Assembly (NCBI GenBank): GCA_019058275.1
Contig: JAHLVW010000030.1
Location: forward strand, 1 to 47,166
Direction of reading: 5' to 3'
Source of the DNA: Candidatus Heimdallarchaeota archaeon
GTDB lineage: Archaea; Asgardarchaeota; Heimdallarchaeia; JABLTI01
Length of the DNA: 47,166 bases
Below the pieces are notes generated by a model. The model ran no database searches and was not told the DNA's origin. It was given only the letters and a program-made list of their open reading frames with translations. Shown piece after piece: positions 1 through 10,949 of the stretch. How positions within the stretch are numbered: the first letter of the stretch is position 1; every line of letters starts with the position of its first letter. The translations under genes were made by a program, and so were the position numbers.

Positions 1-2296
1 ATCAATATTCAATGAGAGTTATGTGATTTTTGGAGATGGTTTTACAGACATTAGTGAGAATAATTTTACTCTAGATTTTCATTCAAAGATTGTTTGGGAT
101 TCACATAATGATCATCCTTCTAATGAAATATCTAAAATTAATGGACAACCTAGCATAGCGATTATTGTTTCGGATAAGATTTTTAAAAATTACTTGGCGT
201 TTATTAATTCAACTGCTTCAATTTATGATATATCAATTAATGCACTAATAGATATGGATTACTCTAAACTTAATTTTGATGATAGAGCTCTTTTAGAAGA
301 AGGAATTTATCAATTTGTATATTTCACACAAGAATATATTATGAATGAATTCTCTTTTAATGCTGATATTACTTTTAATCTTTTTATCATCTTACATATA
401 GCTGATTTGAATAAAGCTTTAGTTCTTATTGATATTTTAGCTTTAACATTTACTATTCCTACAATTCTTATATCTTTGTTAATCTTATATTTTAGTAACG
501 AATATTTTGCTAATAAACGTACTAATCTTTTCTCATTTTATTATTCGAAAGGAACTTCAATACAACAATTACTCTTTTTTATTATAACTGAATTTGTATT
601 CTCTCTTGTTCTAGCTTTTATTATTGGACTCGGGTTTTCTATTCCTCTTACAATGTTAATAGTTAGAAACCCAAATCTCTTTGGTTTCCAGAATACAATA
701 GCTATAGAAATTAGTAGTGCATTATCAATTAATTATCTTAACATACTTTGGATATTTTTAATTGTGATCGTTTTAGGATCACTCTCTGCTCTTAGGAATA
801 TCAAACCAATTCTTGCTTTAACCAAAGATAAGGAGAATATTGATGCCGAAGAAAATACAATCGGAAACGTTTCTTTATGGAAGAAGCTATACTTAGATTT
901 TCTTTTACTCTTCATCGGAGTGGGCATCATAATTATAGAAAAAGCTTTTTTCCAAGAATATATACATGATTTTATCACCCAGTTTTGTAGCTTCTTCATC
1001 GGAATTATTGTAATTATTTCTGGAATAGTATTAATACTAATACGTTTTATACCAAACTTAATATCATTACTTGGAAATTATTTCAGAAATATTTTTGATG
1101 GACTCTTTTCCTTTTCAATAAAGTTATTCAACATTCGTAAAAAAACATTCACAAGAAATGTTGTTGCAATTACTGTAATTGTTTCTTATTTGTTGATTTT
1201 AGTTCAAACAAATGCTACTATTAATCAGTTTAGCACTGAAAAAGCATATTTTGATATTGGTGCTGATGTGCGTATTAACCTTAGTGCTCAAAGTAATCTA
1301 CCTATGTTGATCGATTCTCTTCCTTTAAATGTACTATATACAGAAGTAACAAAAATCCAAATACAAAACTATTTGATAGGTGATCTCTTAGTATTTTATA
1401 TCATTAATCCAAATACCTTTCTAACAGCAGCTTATTTCAAAGAGAATTTCATACTGAATGAACCATCAGAAGCAATATCAAAACTAAGTCAAAATCTAAC
1501 AATTTTATCAAATCGAGAAGTTGCTAATTCTAATTCCTGGGAAATTGGTTATAGTTACTCATTAACAACCACATATGGAAGTAGTGATAGGTTATCACTT
1601 ACAGTAGTAGATTATTTTGGTTCTTGGCCTTTCTTCTTTGAGAATGATAAGCAAATAGAAGGAATACCTTTTGTAATAGGAAAGGGAACAAGCGAAGTTT
1701 TTATTGAAAATAATACAGATGTCAATCAGTTTCTTTTGCTAAATGTACCAGATAAAGAGCATAATCAAATTGTGAATTATTTAGAAAATGAGGTTATCAC
1801 TTCAAATGAAACACTAGTAACTATTAATGATGGTTATTTACAATTTTGGGAAGAACCTTCCTGGTATATATTAAATACTTTTTCAGTGACAAATTTTTAT
1901 TTAATTGGTTTATTATTTCTAATTATTTCTTTCATTAATATTACAATATTAGAGATTAATCGTAAAAAAGAAATTAGTTTATTTATTGCTTTAGGTATAA
2001 GTAGAAAACAAATTTTCTTTTTGTCTTTAATCGAACAATTGTCCATTTTATTTTCAGGCTTATCATTTGGATTCATTATTGGTATGCCTAGTCTAACTTT
2101 CCTAATTAATCAGATGAAGTACAATTTCTCCATTTCTGTTGGTAAATTAGATATTTATTGGATTGTTGGAATAATATTTCTTGGACTTTTATTGCTAAAT
2201 ATTATAGCTATTATGAGCTGGTCTTTGCATTCTTCTACAAAAAAATATAAATTCTTTATTCAGGAGTTGGAATTACAAAATGAGTCTTATGATTGA
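1..2296 (+). CDS. FtsX/MacB-like ABC transporter permease (5'-truncated by window edge)
   Basis: Frame is open back to position 2. Two multi-TM blocks are separated by an extracellular domain (GAD motif). C-terminal R-x-x-E-I...ALG-x-S-R-K-Q FtsX signature. Overlaps the ATPase gene. Confidence 0.85.
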   Translation, partial: SIFNESYVIFGDGFTDISENNFTLDFHSKIVWDSHNDHPSNEISKINGQPSIAIIVSDKIFKNYLAFINSTASIYDISINALIDMDYSKLNFDDRALLEEGIYQFVYFTQEYIMNEFSFNADITFNLFIILHIADLNKALVLIDILALTFTIPTILISLLILYFSNEYFANKRTNLFSFYYSKGTSIQQLLFFIITEFVFSLVLAFIIGLGFSIPLTMLIVRNPNLFGFQNTIAIEISSALSINYLNILWIFLIVIVLGSLSALRNIKPILALTKDKENIDAEENTIGNVSLWKKLYLDFLLLFIGVGIIIIEKAFFQEYIHDFITQFCSFFIGIIVIISGIVLILIRFIPNLISLLGNYFRNIFDGLFSFSIKLFNIRKKTFTRNVVAITVIVSYLLILVQTNATINQFSTEKAYFDIGADVRINLSAQSNLPMLIDSLPLNVLYTEVTKIQIQNYLIGDLLVFYIINPNTFLTAAYFKENFILNEPSEAISKLSQNLTILSNREVANSNSWEIGYSYSLTTTYGSSDRLSLTVVDYFGSWPFFFENDKQIEGIPFVIGKGTSEVFIENNTDVNQFLLLNVPDKEHNQIVNYLENEVITSNETLVTINDGYLQFWEEPSWYILNTFSVTNFYLIGLLFLIISFINITILEINRKKEISLFIALGISRKQIFFLSLIEQLSILFSGLSFGFIIGMPSLTFLINQMKYNFSISVGKLDIYWIVGIIFLGLLLLNIIAIMSWSLHSSTKKYKFFIQELELQNESYD

Positions 2297-3221
2297 TTGT
2301 CGTAATGTAATTAAGATTTATTATAATCGAACAAAGAAAATTAAAATTGCTGCTCTAAGAGGAGTCGAGCTGAAAGTCAAAAAAGGGAAAATAGTGGCTA
2401 TTGTTGGTCCATCTGGTGCAGGTAAATCTACACTATTGAAGATTCTCGGGGCTCTGGAGTTTCCATCTAGTGGTACGGTTCATGTAGCAGGTAAATTATT
2501 AAATACTTTTTCTGATTCACAAATCATTGATTATCATCGTAACTGGGTGGGATTTGTTTGGCAGGCTCCTTTGAGAAATGTTTTAACAAGCGAAAAAGCA
2601 CTTAATAATGTCTTTTTACCTATGAGAATTGCTGGAAAAATACCACAAAGTAAACAGAAAGAGCGTGCAAAGGAGTTATTACAAGCTGTTGGATTAGGTC
2701 ACAGAATGAACCATAAACCATCTCAACTCTCTGGGGGAGAAATCCAGAGATTAGGAATAGCAACAGCTTTAGCAAATGATCCCAAAATTCTATTAATGGA
2801 TGAACCAACAGGTGAGTTAGATTCAGAAACAACAGCTGAAATTTTTACACTTTTAAGTGAACTGAACAATTATTTTGACAAAACAATTGTAATTGTTTCT
2901 CATGATCATTATTTAGAAAAAAAAGCTGATGTTGTTTATCATATTTCTGATGGTCTTCTATTAAATATTGATATTGCTAGGACATTTGAACTGGATTCCT
3001 CTAAAGAACAAGTAAGTTATATGGATGAATTTGGTCTTGTGCGAATTCCTTTATCATTCATAAAAGAACTTGGTATTCAAAATTATGTTAAAATTAGGAG
3101 AACAACTGACCGTATAGAAATTCTACCACACATACAAGAAGCTGTTAGTGAAATCACCTTAGAAGAAACAAGAAAAAAAGACTCTAAAAGGAAATCATCA
3201 CCAAAAAAGAAAAGGCGGTAA
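2280..3221 (+). CDS. LolD/MacB-type ABC ATP-binding protein with C-terminal AbrB/SpoVT-like domain
   Basis: Walker A GPSGAGKS, signature LSGGE, Walker B LLMDEPT, H-loop VSHD. Tail MDEFGLVRIP..IKELGI....I.....IEILP is AbrB-like. Confidence 0.88.
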   Translation: MSLMIDCRNVIKIYYNRTKKIKIAALRGVELKVKKGKIVAIVGPSGAGKSTLLKILGALEFPSSGTVHVAGKLLNTFSDSQIIDYHRNWVGFVWQAPLRNVLTSEKALNNVFLPMRIAGKIPQSKQKERAKELLQAVGLGHRMNHKPSQLSGGEIQRLGIATALANDPKILLMDEPTGELDSETTAEIFTLLSELNNYFDKTIVIVSHDHYLEKKADVVYHISDGLLLNIDIARTFELDSSKEQVSYMDEFGLVRIPLSFIKELGIQNYVKIRRTTDRIEILPHIQEAVSEITLEETRKKDSKRKSSPKKKRR

Positions 3222-3223
3222 AA

Positions 3224-3922
3224 ATGAAAAAAACACCAAACCAAAAAAAGGGCATTCTCATTAATTGTGTGAAACTTTCTAAGTCATATCAATTTGGTTC
3301 TGAACAAATTCATGCTTTAAAAGATGTTAATCTAGAGATTAATAAAGGAGAATTTGTGGCAATTATGGGTAAAAGTGGTTGTGGCAAAACTACTTTAATT
3401 AATACTATTGCAGGATTATTGCAACCTTCTCAAGGAAATGTAGTTATCGATGGGAAATCGTTAAAGGGAATGACCATAGATCAATTAAGCTTAATGAGAA
3501 GAAATACCATAGGTATTGTTTTTCAAATGTTTAATTTACATCCTGGATTAACCGTTCTTGAGAATGTTGAATTACCATTACTATTCAAAGGAATTGAGAG
3601 GGATAAACGAAGAAATATTGCTCAAGAAGTTTTAGCAACTCTTGAAATGGCGGATTATATTGATAATTATCCTGAAGAATTAAGTGGTGGAGAAAAACAA
3701 AGAGTAGCTATTGCACGTGCATTGACAATTGAACCAAAAATACTTCTGGCTGATGAACCCACAGGTAATTTAAATTCTCTTTTAGCAAAAGAAATCATTA
3801 AACTCTTTATTGAGATAAATCAAAAAAAAGGCATAACAATTATTCTTGTAACTCATGATGAATCTTTAATAAATAAAGATATGCGGTTGATAAGACTTAA
3901 AGATGGAAAGATTATAAATTAG
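3224..3922 (+). CDS. LolD-type ABC ATP-binding protein
   Basis: [37 protein letters not shown]. Confidence 0.92.
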   Translation: MKKTPNQKKGILINCVKLSKSYQFGSEQIHALKDVNLEINKGEFVAIMGKSGCGKTTLINTIAGLLQPSQGNVVIDGKSLKGMTIDQLSLMRRNTIGIVFQMFNLHPGLTVLENVELPLLFKGIERDKRRNIAQEVLATLEMADYIDNYPEELSGGEKQRVAIARALTIEPKILLADEPTGNLNSLLAKEIIKLFIEINQKKGITIILVTHDESLINKDMRLIRLKDGKIIN

Positions 3923-4348
3923 ATCAATCGAGTTAAATAAAAATAGTCTGATCAAATATACAACTTTTTCATGTATATTAATTTACAATTAAATGACTTT
4001 GAATTTTCTCAAAGCATACTGTAAAGTTCATTGATTTTATTTTTTACCTTAATATTTTTTTTAAAGACTAATAGGTTTCATTGTGTAGCTTGGTTTTAGT
4101 CAGTGCTTATTGTAATAACTACTTAAAGATATAATAAGGGTTAAAAATAGCAAGATTTGTATCTTTAAAGAGTAAGGTTGTGATCTTATCTTCTTTTACT
4201 GTATAAATTTGATTATGAAGTTATATTCTCTTCAGACTTATTGTTACTCGTTTATTGGTGGTTCATGCAGTTTTGAAGAATGGCGCAATAAAATTAGATA
4301 ATATTGTTGACATCAATTGTAATCCAATAATAACATCAGAAAGGAGAA

Positions 4349-4697
4349 TTATCTCTCACTAACTGTGAGGTTTGTAAACAACCTACTTTTGAGCAGAAAA
4401 AATACTGTGTTTCATGTGGCTCTGTACAAAGCACCTATCAACCAAAAAAAGAGCCAATAAAATTGTAAAAAAAATAAAAAATTGCTTCTTGCACTCTTTA
4501 TCTTAACTCTTCCAACTACTTTTCTTCTATTAATATCCGTTATAGGCATCATAGCAACACAAGGAGAAATTTGTTCTAACATATGGTGGGATATTTTATT
4601 AATTGTTGCAGTTTATGTTCTTACAATAGATATTGGTATTGTTATAATTGGTTACGGAATTTACACTATAATGACTTACGTGAAAAGAAGAAAATAA
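4349..4697 (+). pseudogene. Disrupted zinc-ribbon plus 2-TM small membrane protein
   Basis: After RBS AAGGAG (4341) the frame reads SLTNCEVCKQPTFEQKKYCVSCGS, with no canonical start codon. It then stops/shifts in an A-run (~4466-4481) before the hydrophobic 71-aa ORF ending KRRK. Confidence 0.55.
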
Positions 4698-4846
4698 AAT
4701 ACTAAACCTATGAATGTCAGCTTTTACGAACAAATACAAAAAAGAGTTTATACCTACACAAGCCATTTTAGAAGTATCAGATATAAAATAAGCTAAAAAA
4801 GAGAAATTTGTGGAGTAAATATATTACTCCATTCTAATTTTTTTCA

Positions 4847-7141
4847 CTATTTTCGTCTTTTCCTTAGAAGAACTACTAAAACTGTTGAAACAATTGATGA
4901 AGCAATTATTACTGATGTGAAGATTATCCCGGTTTCAACCGTTACAGTTATTGTGTTATTTTGAGTAATCGTTTCAGGAATCGTAATAGTTTCAGGTGGT
5001 GGTGTGACTGTAACAGGCGGGGGAGTGGTTGTAATAGGGGAATAATCACCTGTAAATGAATATTTCATGATGAAGCAATCATAAAATCCACCATATGTCT
5101 TATTGTATGCATCATCTGTTGTTGGGAAATCAAGTGATGAAGTAAAACCTACTATGTAACAAGAGTCATCTGATATGTATTTAAGTGCTAGTCCATGATC
5201 AATATAAATACCACCTAAATAAGTTGAGTTAATAAGTGAAGTACCATCTGCTGATAATTTAACTGCAAATGCATCTGTTTCTCCTTTTATATAATTATAT
5301 TCTGCATCATCTCTGAGAGGGAAATTATCTGAAAAAGTCCATCCAGTAAGATAAGCATTCTTTTCCTCATCAAGATCAATATCATTAATCTCATCATATA
5401 AAAAGCCACCAATAAAAGTTGAGTATGACAAACTACTTCCATCAGTTGAAATTTTCGAGACAAAAGCATCTTTACCGCCGTTTATTACAGTATCATATGC
5501 ACCAATGGTTGTTGGGAAATCACCAGATTTAGTATATCCTGCAACGTAAGCATTGTTATCATCATCTAAAATCAAAGCATACGGCTCATCATCAATATTG
5601 CCACCTAAATATGTAGAATAAACTAGAGTTGATCCATCTATTGAGAGTTTTGAAATAAAAACATCCATATAACCACCATATGTTGTATCATATGCACCTA
5701 GTATTGTTGGAAAATCATCTGAATTTGAATTACCAACAATATAACAATATCCCAAATCATCCACTGCAATATCAATGCCTTCATCTGTTTGTAAACCACC
5801 TATAAAAGTGGAATATTGTATTACTGCTGATATGCTGGATATTTTCAACACAAAACAGTCTACCCACCCATTATTGGATGTATTAAATGCTCCTTCAGTT
5901 GTTGGAAAACTACTTGATGATGTTAAACCAGTGATATAAAGATTCGAGCTTGAATCCATTACTAATGAATGTGCTTTATCATTACCATCTCCGCCAAAGT
6001 ATGTACAATAATCCAATGTACCAGTAGATGAAAGTTTTAGATAAAATCCATCATTTCCTGCTTGTTTTGTATCATTCATCGCTCCACTAGTAACTGGGAA
6101 ATCATTGGATCCAGTATAGCCCACAACATAAGCATTTTCATTTGAATCTATTACAATTTCTCCTAGATAATCTGGATTACTTCCACCAATAAAAGTAGAA
6201 TAGAGTAATGTAGAACCATCACTAGAAAGTTTGATTACAAAAATATCCTCTTGTAGCATATTTGACAAGTTATAGTTATTTCCGGTGTCAAGGAAATTAT
6301 CTGATTCTGTTTCCCCTGCGACAAAAATGTTGTTTGCATCACTTATTGCAAGTGATTCTGCCTTATCATCACTACTGCCACCTACATATGTGGAATAAAT
6401 AATTGGATCAATAATTAAATGTTTATCATGTTGGAATTTTCCGATTGTGAATCCATAAGTATTAGTGTCTATTAATGAGAACTTGGCTTCTATTTTTGTC
6501 TGAAAATTGTCTTGGTAGACTAGTAATCCTTCATCAATGTAATTAATCCCCGCTAAATTAAATACTAGTTTATTGTCCATAATGTCTAAACTATCCTGCC
6601 CAATGAATTGAATTTTAATATCATTTGGATTTCCTCCTGGAGCAACAATGAAATCGTATTTCAATCCCTTTGAGGTTATTTTGTATTGAAGATTTATTCC
6701 AGTCCAAATTTCTGTGTATAAAATACAATCATAATGTTTTATATCAGTAAAAGTTCCTCTTGAGCCAAGATAGTAATTACTCCGAGTAGTTTGTGGATTA
6801 TTCCCAACAGGTTCTATAGGATTTGAGTTAACAAAAAATAGTGTTATAACTTCCTTTGAATTATCAAGATAAAGTAGAATTTTATTTTTACAGAACGCTA
6901 TTTTACCATATGATAAGCTACAATAAAATAGAATTTCTTCATTAGACAATTGCCCTATGTTTTCGATAATTGTACTAGACATGTATTTGTCATAATAATT
7001 ATTGTTTTTGTCAATAATTGAGATTTCATTTGCATTATTTTTACTATTTGTTATATTACTAATGCTTTTAATTCCAAAAAAACACACTGAAACAATTAAA
7101 ATTGAATAAAAGATAGAATAGAATATTTTTTTATATCTCAA
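4847..7141 (-). CDS. Secreted SBBP-repeat beta-propeller surface protein with C-terminal TM anchor
   Basis: Signal peptide. About 7 repeats of YST(Y/F)xGG..D....I.D...N.YV.G.T.S.DFPT. Pro/Thr linker, TM helix, RKRRK tail. Confidence 0.88.
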   Translation of the reverse strand: MRYKKIFYSIFYSILIVSVCFFGIKSISNITNSKNNANEISIIDKNNNYYDKYMSSTIIENIGQLSNEEILFYCSLSYGKIAFCKNKILLYLDNSKEVITLFFVNSNPIEPVGNNPQTTRSNYYLGSRGTFTDIKHYDCILYTEIWTGINLQYKITSKGLKYDFIVAPGGNPNDIKIQFIGQDSLDIMDNKLVFNLAGINYIDEGLLVYQDNFQTKIEAKFSLIDTNTYGFTIGKFQHDKHLIIDPIIYSTYVGGSSDDKAESLAISDANNIFVAGETESDNFLDTGNNYNLSNMLQEDIFVIKLSSDGSTLLYSTFIGGSNPDYLGEIVIDSNENAYVVGYTGSNDFPVTSGAMNDTKQAGNDGFYLKLSSTGTLDYCTYFGGDGNDKAHSLVMDSSSNLYITGLTSSSSFPTTEGAFNTSNNGWVDCFVLKISSISAVIQYSTFIGGLQTDEGIDIAVDDLGYCYIVGNSNSDDFPTILGAYDTTYGGYMDVFISKLSIDGSTLVYSTYLGGNIDDEPYALILDDDNNAYVAGYTKSGDFPTTIGAYDTVINGGKDAFVSKISTDGSSLSYSTFIGGFLYDEINDIDLDEEKNAYLTGWTFSDNFPLRDDAEYNYIKGETDAFAVKLSADGTSLINSTYLGGIYIDHGLALKYISDDSCYIVGFTSSLDFPTTDDAYNKTYGGFYDCFIMKYSFTGDYSPITTTPPPVTVTPPPETITIPETITQNNTITVTVETGIIFTSVIIASSIVSTVLVVLLRKRRK

Positions 7142-7310
7142 TTTTACACTCCCTGAGTAAGAGAAATTATATTACTCCTTTGTATTAATTTATATTTTGC
7201 AAAAACATGTTGGACTAATGCATTTGCAGGTTTATACTATATTCTAGGATTTAGAACTACTACTTTTGGAATCATTAAGTTTATTATTATCATAGAGTTG
7301 GTATTTAGTT

Positions 7311-8072
7311 ATGATAGAGATTTATGAGATGCAAGTAAAACCAAGAGCTTTAGAAATAACTGAAACAGAAGAAGTAAAATTCACAGCGATTGTTGACTAT
7401 TTACAGCAAATAGCTTATGAACATGCCTTTAATCTTGAGTTAAGTTTCCAACAAACATTCAAACAAAATTTGACCTGGTACTTACTAAGATATTATATAG
7501 AAATGCATAGTTACCCAAAATTGAACGATTTATTAACTGTTCGTTCATGGGTTGCAAAAAGTGAGAGTAAGAAATATTCTTTAAGAGATTTTCAGATGCT
7601 AGATGAATCTGGTAAGATTCTATGTAGTGCTACCACAAGTTGGATATTATTTAATTTTATAAAAAGACGTCCAGTTAGTTATTTGAATCGTTTCTCAGGT
7701 GTTCCAATTCGTGATGAACGGTCAGTAAATTATGATTTCCCAAAATTAGCTCTTCCTGAGAAAGTTGATTCGAAAGCTGAATTAGTGGTTAGACGTTCTG
7801 ATCTAGACCTTAACAGACATGTAAACAACAGAGTTTATTTAGATTGGGCTTTAGAGAGCATGCCCAAGAAGTATATTGAGAAATATCAAATTGATAAAAT
7901 TGAAATCAGCTTCAAAGGACAAGCATTCCACAAGGATACTATTTTGGTTGAAACAGAACTCAAGAAACTTGATAAAAAAGAAGATGGAATTGTTGCTCTT
8001 AGTAAAATAAGCAAAAAGAAATCAAGGCAATTATTAACTAAGGTTAAATCCTATTTGAAAAAACGAAAGTAG
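7311..8072 (+). CDS. Acyl-ACP/acyl-CoA thioesterase (FatA/FatB-like double hotdog)
   Basis: DLDLNRHVNNRVY catalytic motif, YLQQIA..H, LRDFQM, ATTSWIL. Confidence 0.85.
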   Translation: MIEIYEMQVKPRALEITETEEVKFTAIVDYLQQIAYEHAFNLELSFQQTFKQNLTWYLLRYYIEMHSYPKLNDLLTVRSWVAKSESKKYSLRDFQMLDESGKILCSATTSWILFNFIKRRPVSYLNRFSGVPIRDERSVNYDFPKLALPEKVDSKAELVVRRSDLDLNRHVNNRVYLDWALESMPKKYIEKYQIDKIEISFKGQAFHKDTILVETELKKLDKKEDGIVALSKISKKKSRQLLTKVKSYLKKRK

Positions 8073-8200
8073 CTAAAGAATAAAATAACAAAAAGTATAT
8101 CAAGAATTCAAATCTCAGCGATCGGACCAGTTTTTTCTAATTAATTCGATTTATAACCAAATGAAACAAGCAAAAAAGTTTGTTTTGAGACTTATCAACT

Positions 8201-8761
8201 TTATTTACTTATTATTGATCCTAATTCATATGCTCGAGACATCAGTTCCTTATTTTTTTCAGCGTCACCTATTTTATATGCTGTTCCATGAACAATTCCG
8301 ATATTCTCACTTTTCATATAGCGAATTAAATCTTCTATTGAACCAATTGCATTATTAACACCAGATCGATCCACATTGCTATCACCATAAACCAATATTG
8401 TAGCTATTTTCTTTTGTGTTAAAACATAACCATCCTTTCCATGTAGAGCGTATAAACGATCAATAAATAATTTCATTTGAGCTGAAACACTAAACCAAAA
8501 AATCGGTGAAGCAAGAACAATAACATCGCTTTCAAGTAATTTTGGATACAAGTTATTCATATCATCTTTCTGAACACATGATAGTGCATTGTTTTTTATA
8601 CACCAATCACAGAACTGACAAGATTTAATGGTCATATCATTTAGGAAAAAAATCTCTGCTTCCTTACTTGAATCATTAATCGCTCTCACACATTCCTTGA
8701 TTAAAACAGAAGTATTGCCTTTCTTTCTTGGGCTTCCATTAAAAATAAGTACTTTCGTCAT
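8201..8761 (-). CDS. Iron-sulfur flavoprotein / NADPH-dependent FMN reductase family
   Basis: GSPRKKGNT, CxxCxxC-x7-C, ASPIFW, MKLFIDR. Confidence 0.88.
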   Translation of the reverse strand: MTKVLIFNGSPRKKGNTSVLIKECVRAINDSSKEAEIFFLNDMTIKSCQFCDWCIKNNALSCVQKDDMNNLYPKLLESDVIVLASPIFWFSVSAQMKLFIDRLYALHGKDGYVLTQKKIATILVYGDSNVDRSGVNNAIGSIEDLIRYMKSENIGIVHGTAYKIGDAEKNKELMSRAYELGSIISK

Positions 8762-9075
8762 AAATAAACAACGATTTCAGCTCTTTTAAAATTCTTTATG
8801 GATTTTATATTGTTCTAAAGACTATGCTCAATTTTTTTCCATACATTTCTCGCTAAGTAATAAAAATGAGATAAGGAGCTTCTGTTATTATTAATCAGAG
8901 AGAAATTTCATCCCCTTTATTTCCTTTATTTTTTGAATTCATATCTACAAATTGGACAAAAATCTGATTCAGTTTCAAATGGTTTGTTAACTTCCGAATC
9001 AATTTTTTCTCCTTACCTCTCTTTTGTATTGAATGTTAATTGTTATATAAGATAAGATTCCATTAATAATTCGGG

Positions 9076-9780
9076 ATGTTTATGATTGATGCATCTGAAG
9101 CTCGCACTGCGTTAATTGATAATAAAATAAGAAAATCTCAAAGAATTGTACGATTAATCATTTGGTTAACTGTTCCAATTATGTTTTTGACACTTGCACT
9201 TGCTTGGGTTTTCTATGCTGAAAGTTACGAATTTCTTTATGAGCTGATTAGTGCTTTAGGTAATATCTATAGTTTTGACCTTAACAATGATAATACAATA
9301 TCAATGTTAATAATGACTATAGGATTTAGCATAACAGCATTCATGAATCTAGTAATAGCTATTTTCTATTTCATTCGACCTGTTCTTTTCAAGAATATTC
9401 TGAAAGGTTTCCTTTATATTGTAGTATCCGTCGGAGCTGCAGGTATTGCAATTCCTGGCGATCATCCAACATTATCTCTCTATCATTCTATTGGTGCTAT
9501 CATGTTTATTTTCGGTTTCGCAATGATAAACTTCGTTAGTCAATTGCTACGCTTTGCTCGTAAACATGATTTGAAATTTGAAAAGAAACCACTAGATTTT
9601 TACTTTGATATGATAGTTGTTGTTCTTGTCTTTTCAGTAATGATATTACTAGGTATTTTCTATCTATTGGATAAATTGACATTATTAACAGGTTCTGCAT
9701 TTACTGTTCCACTGTGGCAAAAAATTCTTCTTATAGTTGATTTTATTGCAATTTTTGTACTTGATTTAGGTGATATGTAA
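9076..9780 (+). CDS. Multi-pass membrane protein (DUF998-like)
   Basis: About 6 TM helices, ISALG motif, H after GIAIPGD, C-terminal WQK. Confidence 0.6.
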   Translation: MFMIDASEARTALIDNKIRKSQRIVRLIIWLTVPIMFLTLALAWVFYAESYEFLYELISALGNIYSFDLNNDNTISMLIMTIGFSITAFMNLVIAIFYFIRPVLFKNILKGFLYIVVSVGAAGIAIPGDHPTLSLYHSIGAIMFIFGFAMINFVSQLLRFARKHDLKFEKKPLDFYFDMIVVVLVFSVMILLGIFYLLDKLTLLTGSAFTVPLWQKILLIVDFIAIFVLDLGDM

Positions 9781-9842
9781 AGTTTTGACACTTTACATTT
9801 TCTTTCTATTTTTCTATCTATAAAATTCATTAAACGAGAAAT

Positions 9843-10880
9843 TTAGATGACTTCATTATATTTTGCAATCAGTCTTTCTTTTTCTGCCTTCATTGATTTG
9901 AAGTGTCTTTCTTTTAGTTTAGTAAGCCACTCAGGATACTGCTCTGGGTCTGTTCCATGGTAGGCATAGAGCGTTCTTGCATACTTTATACTATCTTCTA
10001 GATCATAAAATAAGTTTAATTGTTCTCTCCAATCAGTAGGCAATTGTTTTATCTCTTTGTAACCGGTAGAAAACCAATTCAATATTTGTTCTTCTCTTTC
10101 TGGTGTTTGTTCTCTTACATCATCAATTCCATAAGCTATATCAGCAACGAATGGATAATATGCTGCATCATCCAAATCAATAATTACATATGAATCGTTA
10201 TCCCAAATGATATTATCATAGCAAAAATCATAATGGATTAAACCGTAAAATTCCTCTTTTGGTATTTTATCAACTACTTTTTGCAGATGAAGTAATATTT
10301 TCTTAATCTCTACATCTTCTTCTGATAATTTTTGTATTGAGATGATAATATCATCTATCCAAGTCCTTCTTCTTCGTTCAGGATGAGGTTTGAATTTGAG
10401 AGATGCATTGTGTAATCTAGCCATCATTCTTCCACATTCGAGCCATTGTTTTTCATTTAGGTCCTCAAATTCAATGTATTTACCAGGTGCTCGATCGTAT
10501 ACTACCGCATGAAATAAACCATTTTCATTCTTCCCACTTTCTATTTTTTTACCCTTTTTTGATAATAGAGGTTCAAGTATTGGCAATCCCTGTTTTCTTA
10601 AATGATCCATAAAATCTAGTTCAGCTAATATTTGTTTTACAGTACGTTCACTATCTGGAACAATACGTAGGATACGATCTTGACCATTCTGTTTGTAAGG
10701 ATAGATAAAATTCGCACTTGCCCTCCAAGGTTTCAAAGTTCCCTCCTCATAATCCCAGAATTCAATCATTTGTGTACCAATGCTTGGAAGCTTATTATCA
10801 TCTTTATAGACTTCCTTCCACATAATTTCAACATTCATCATATCATTATACCAACCTAATCTAGAATATTCCAAGATCAA
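9843..10880 (-). CDS. APH/type II homoserine-kinase-like phosphotransferase (true start probably near 10841)
   Basis: ILRI, ELDFM, LIHYDFCYDNI (Brenner motif), IIDLDD. Confidence 0.82.
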   Translation of the reverse strand: MILEYSRLGWYNDMMNVEIMWKEVYKDDNKLPSIGTQMIEFWDYEEGTLKPWRASANFIYPYKQNGQDRILRIVPDSERTVKQILAELDFMDHLRKQGLPILEPLLSKKGKKIESGKNENGLFHAVVYDRAPGKYIEFEDLNEKQWLECGRMMARLHNASLKFKPHPERRRRTWIDDIIISIQKLSEEDVEIKKILLHLQKVVDKIPKEEFYGLIHYDFCYDNIIWDNDSYVIIDLDDAAYYPFVADIAYGIDDVREQTPEREEQILNWFSTGYKEIKQLPTDWREQLNLFYDLEDSIKYARTLYAYHGTDPEQYPEWLTKLKERHFKSMKAEKERLIAKYNEVI

Positions 10881-10949
10881 CTAAAAAATATGAAAAAGAG
10901 ATGTTAATGCTCTAATTTTTGCTAATGAATCAACATCATCTTCCTTTTT

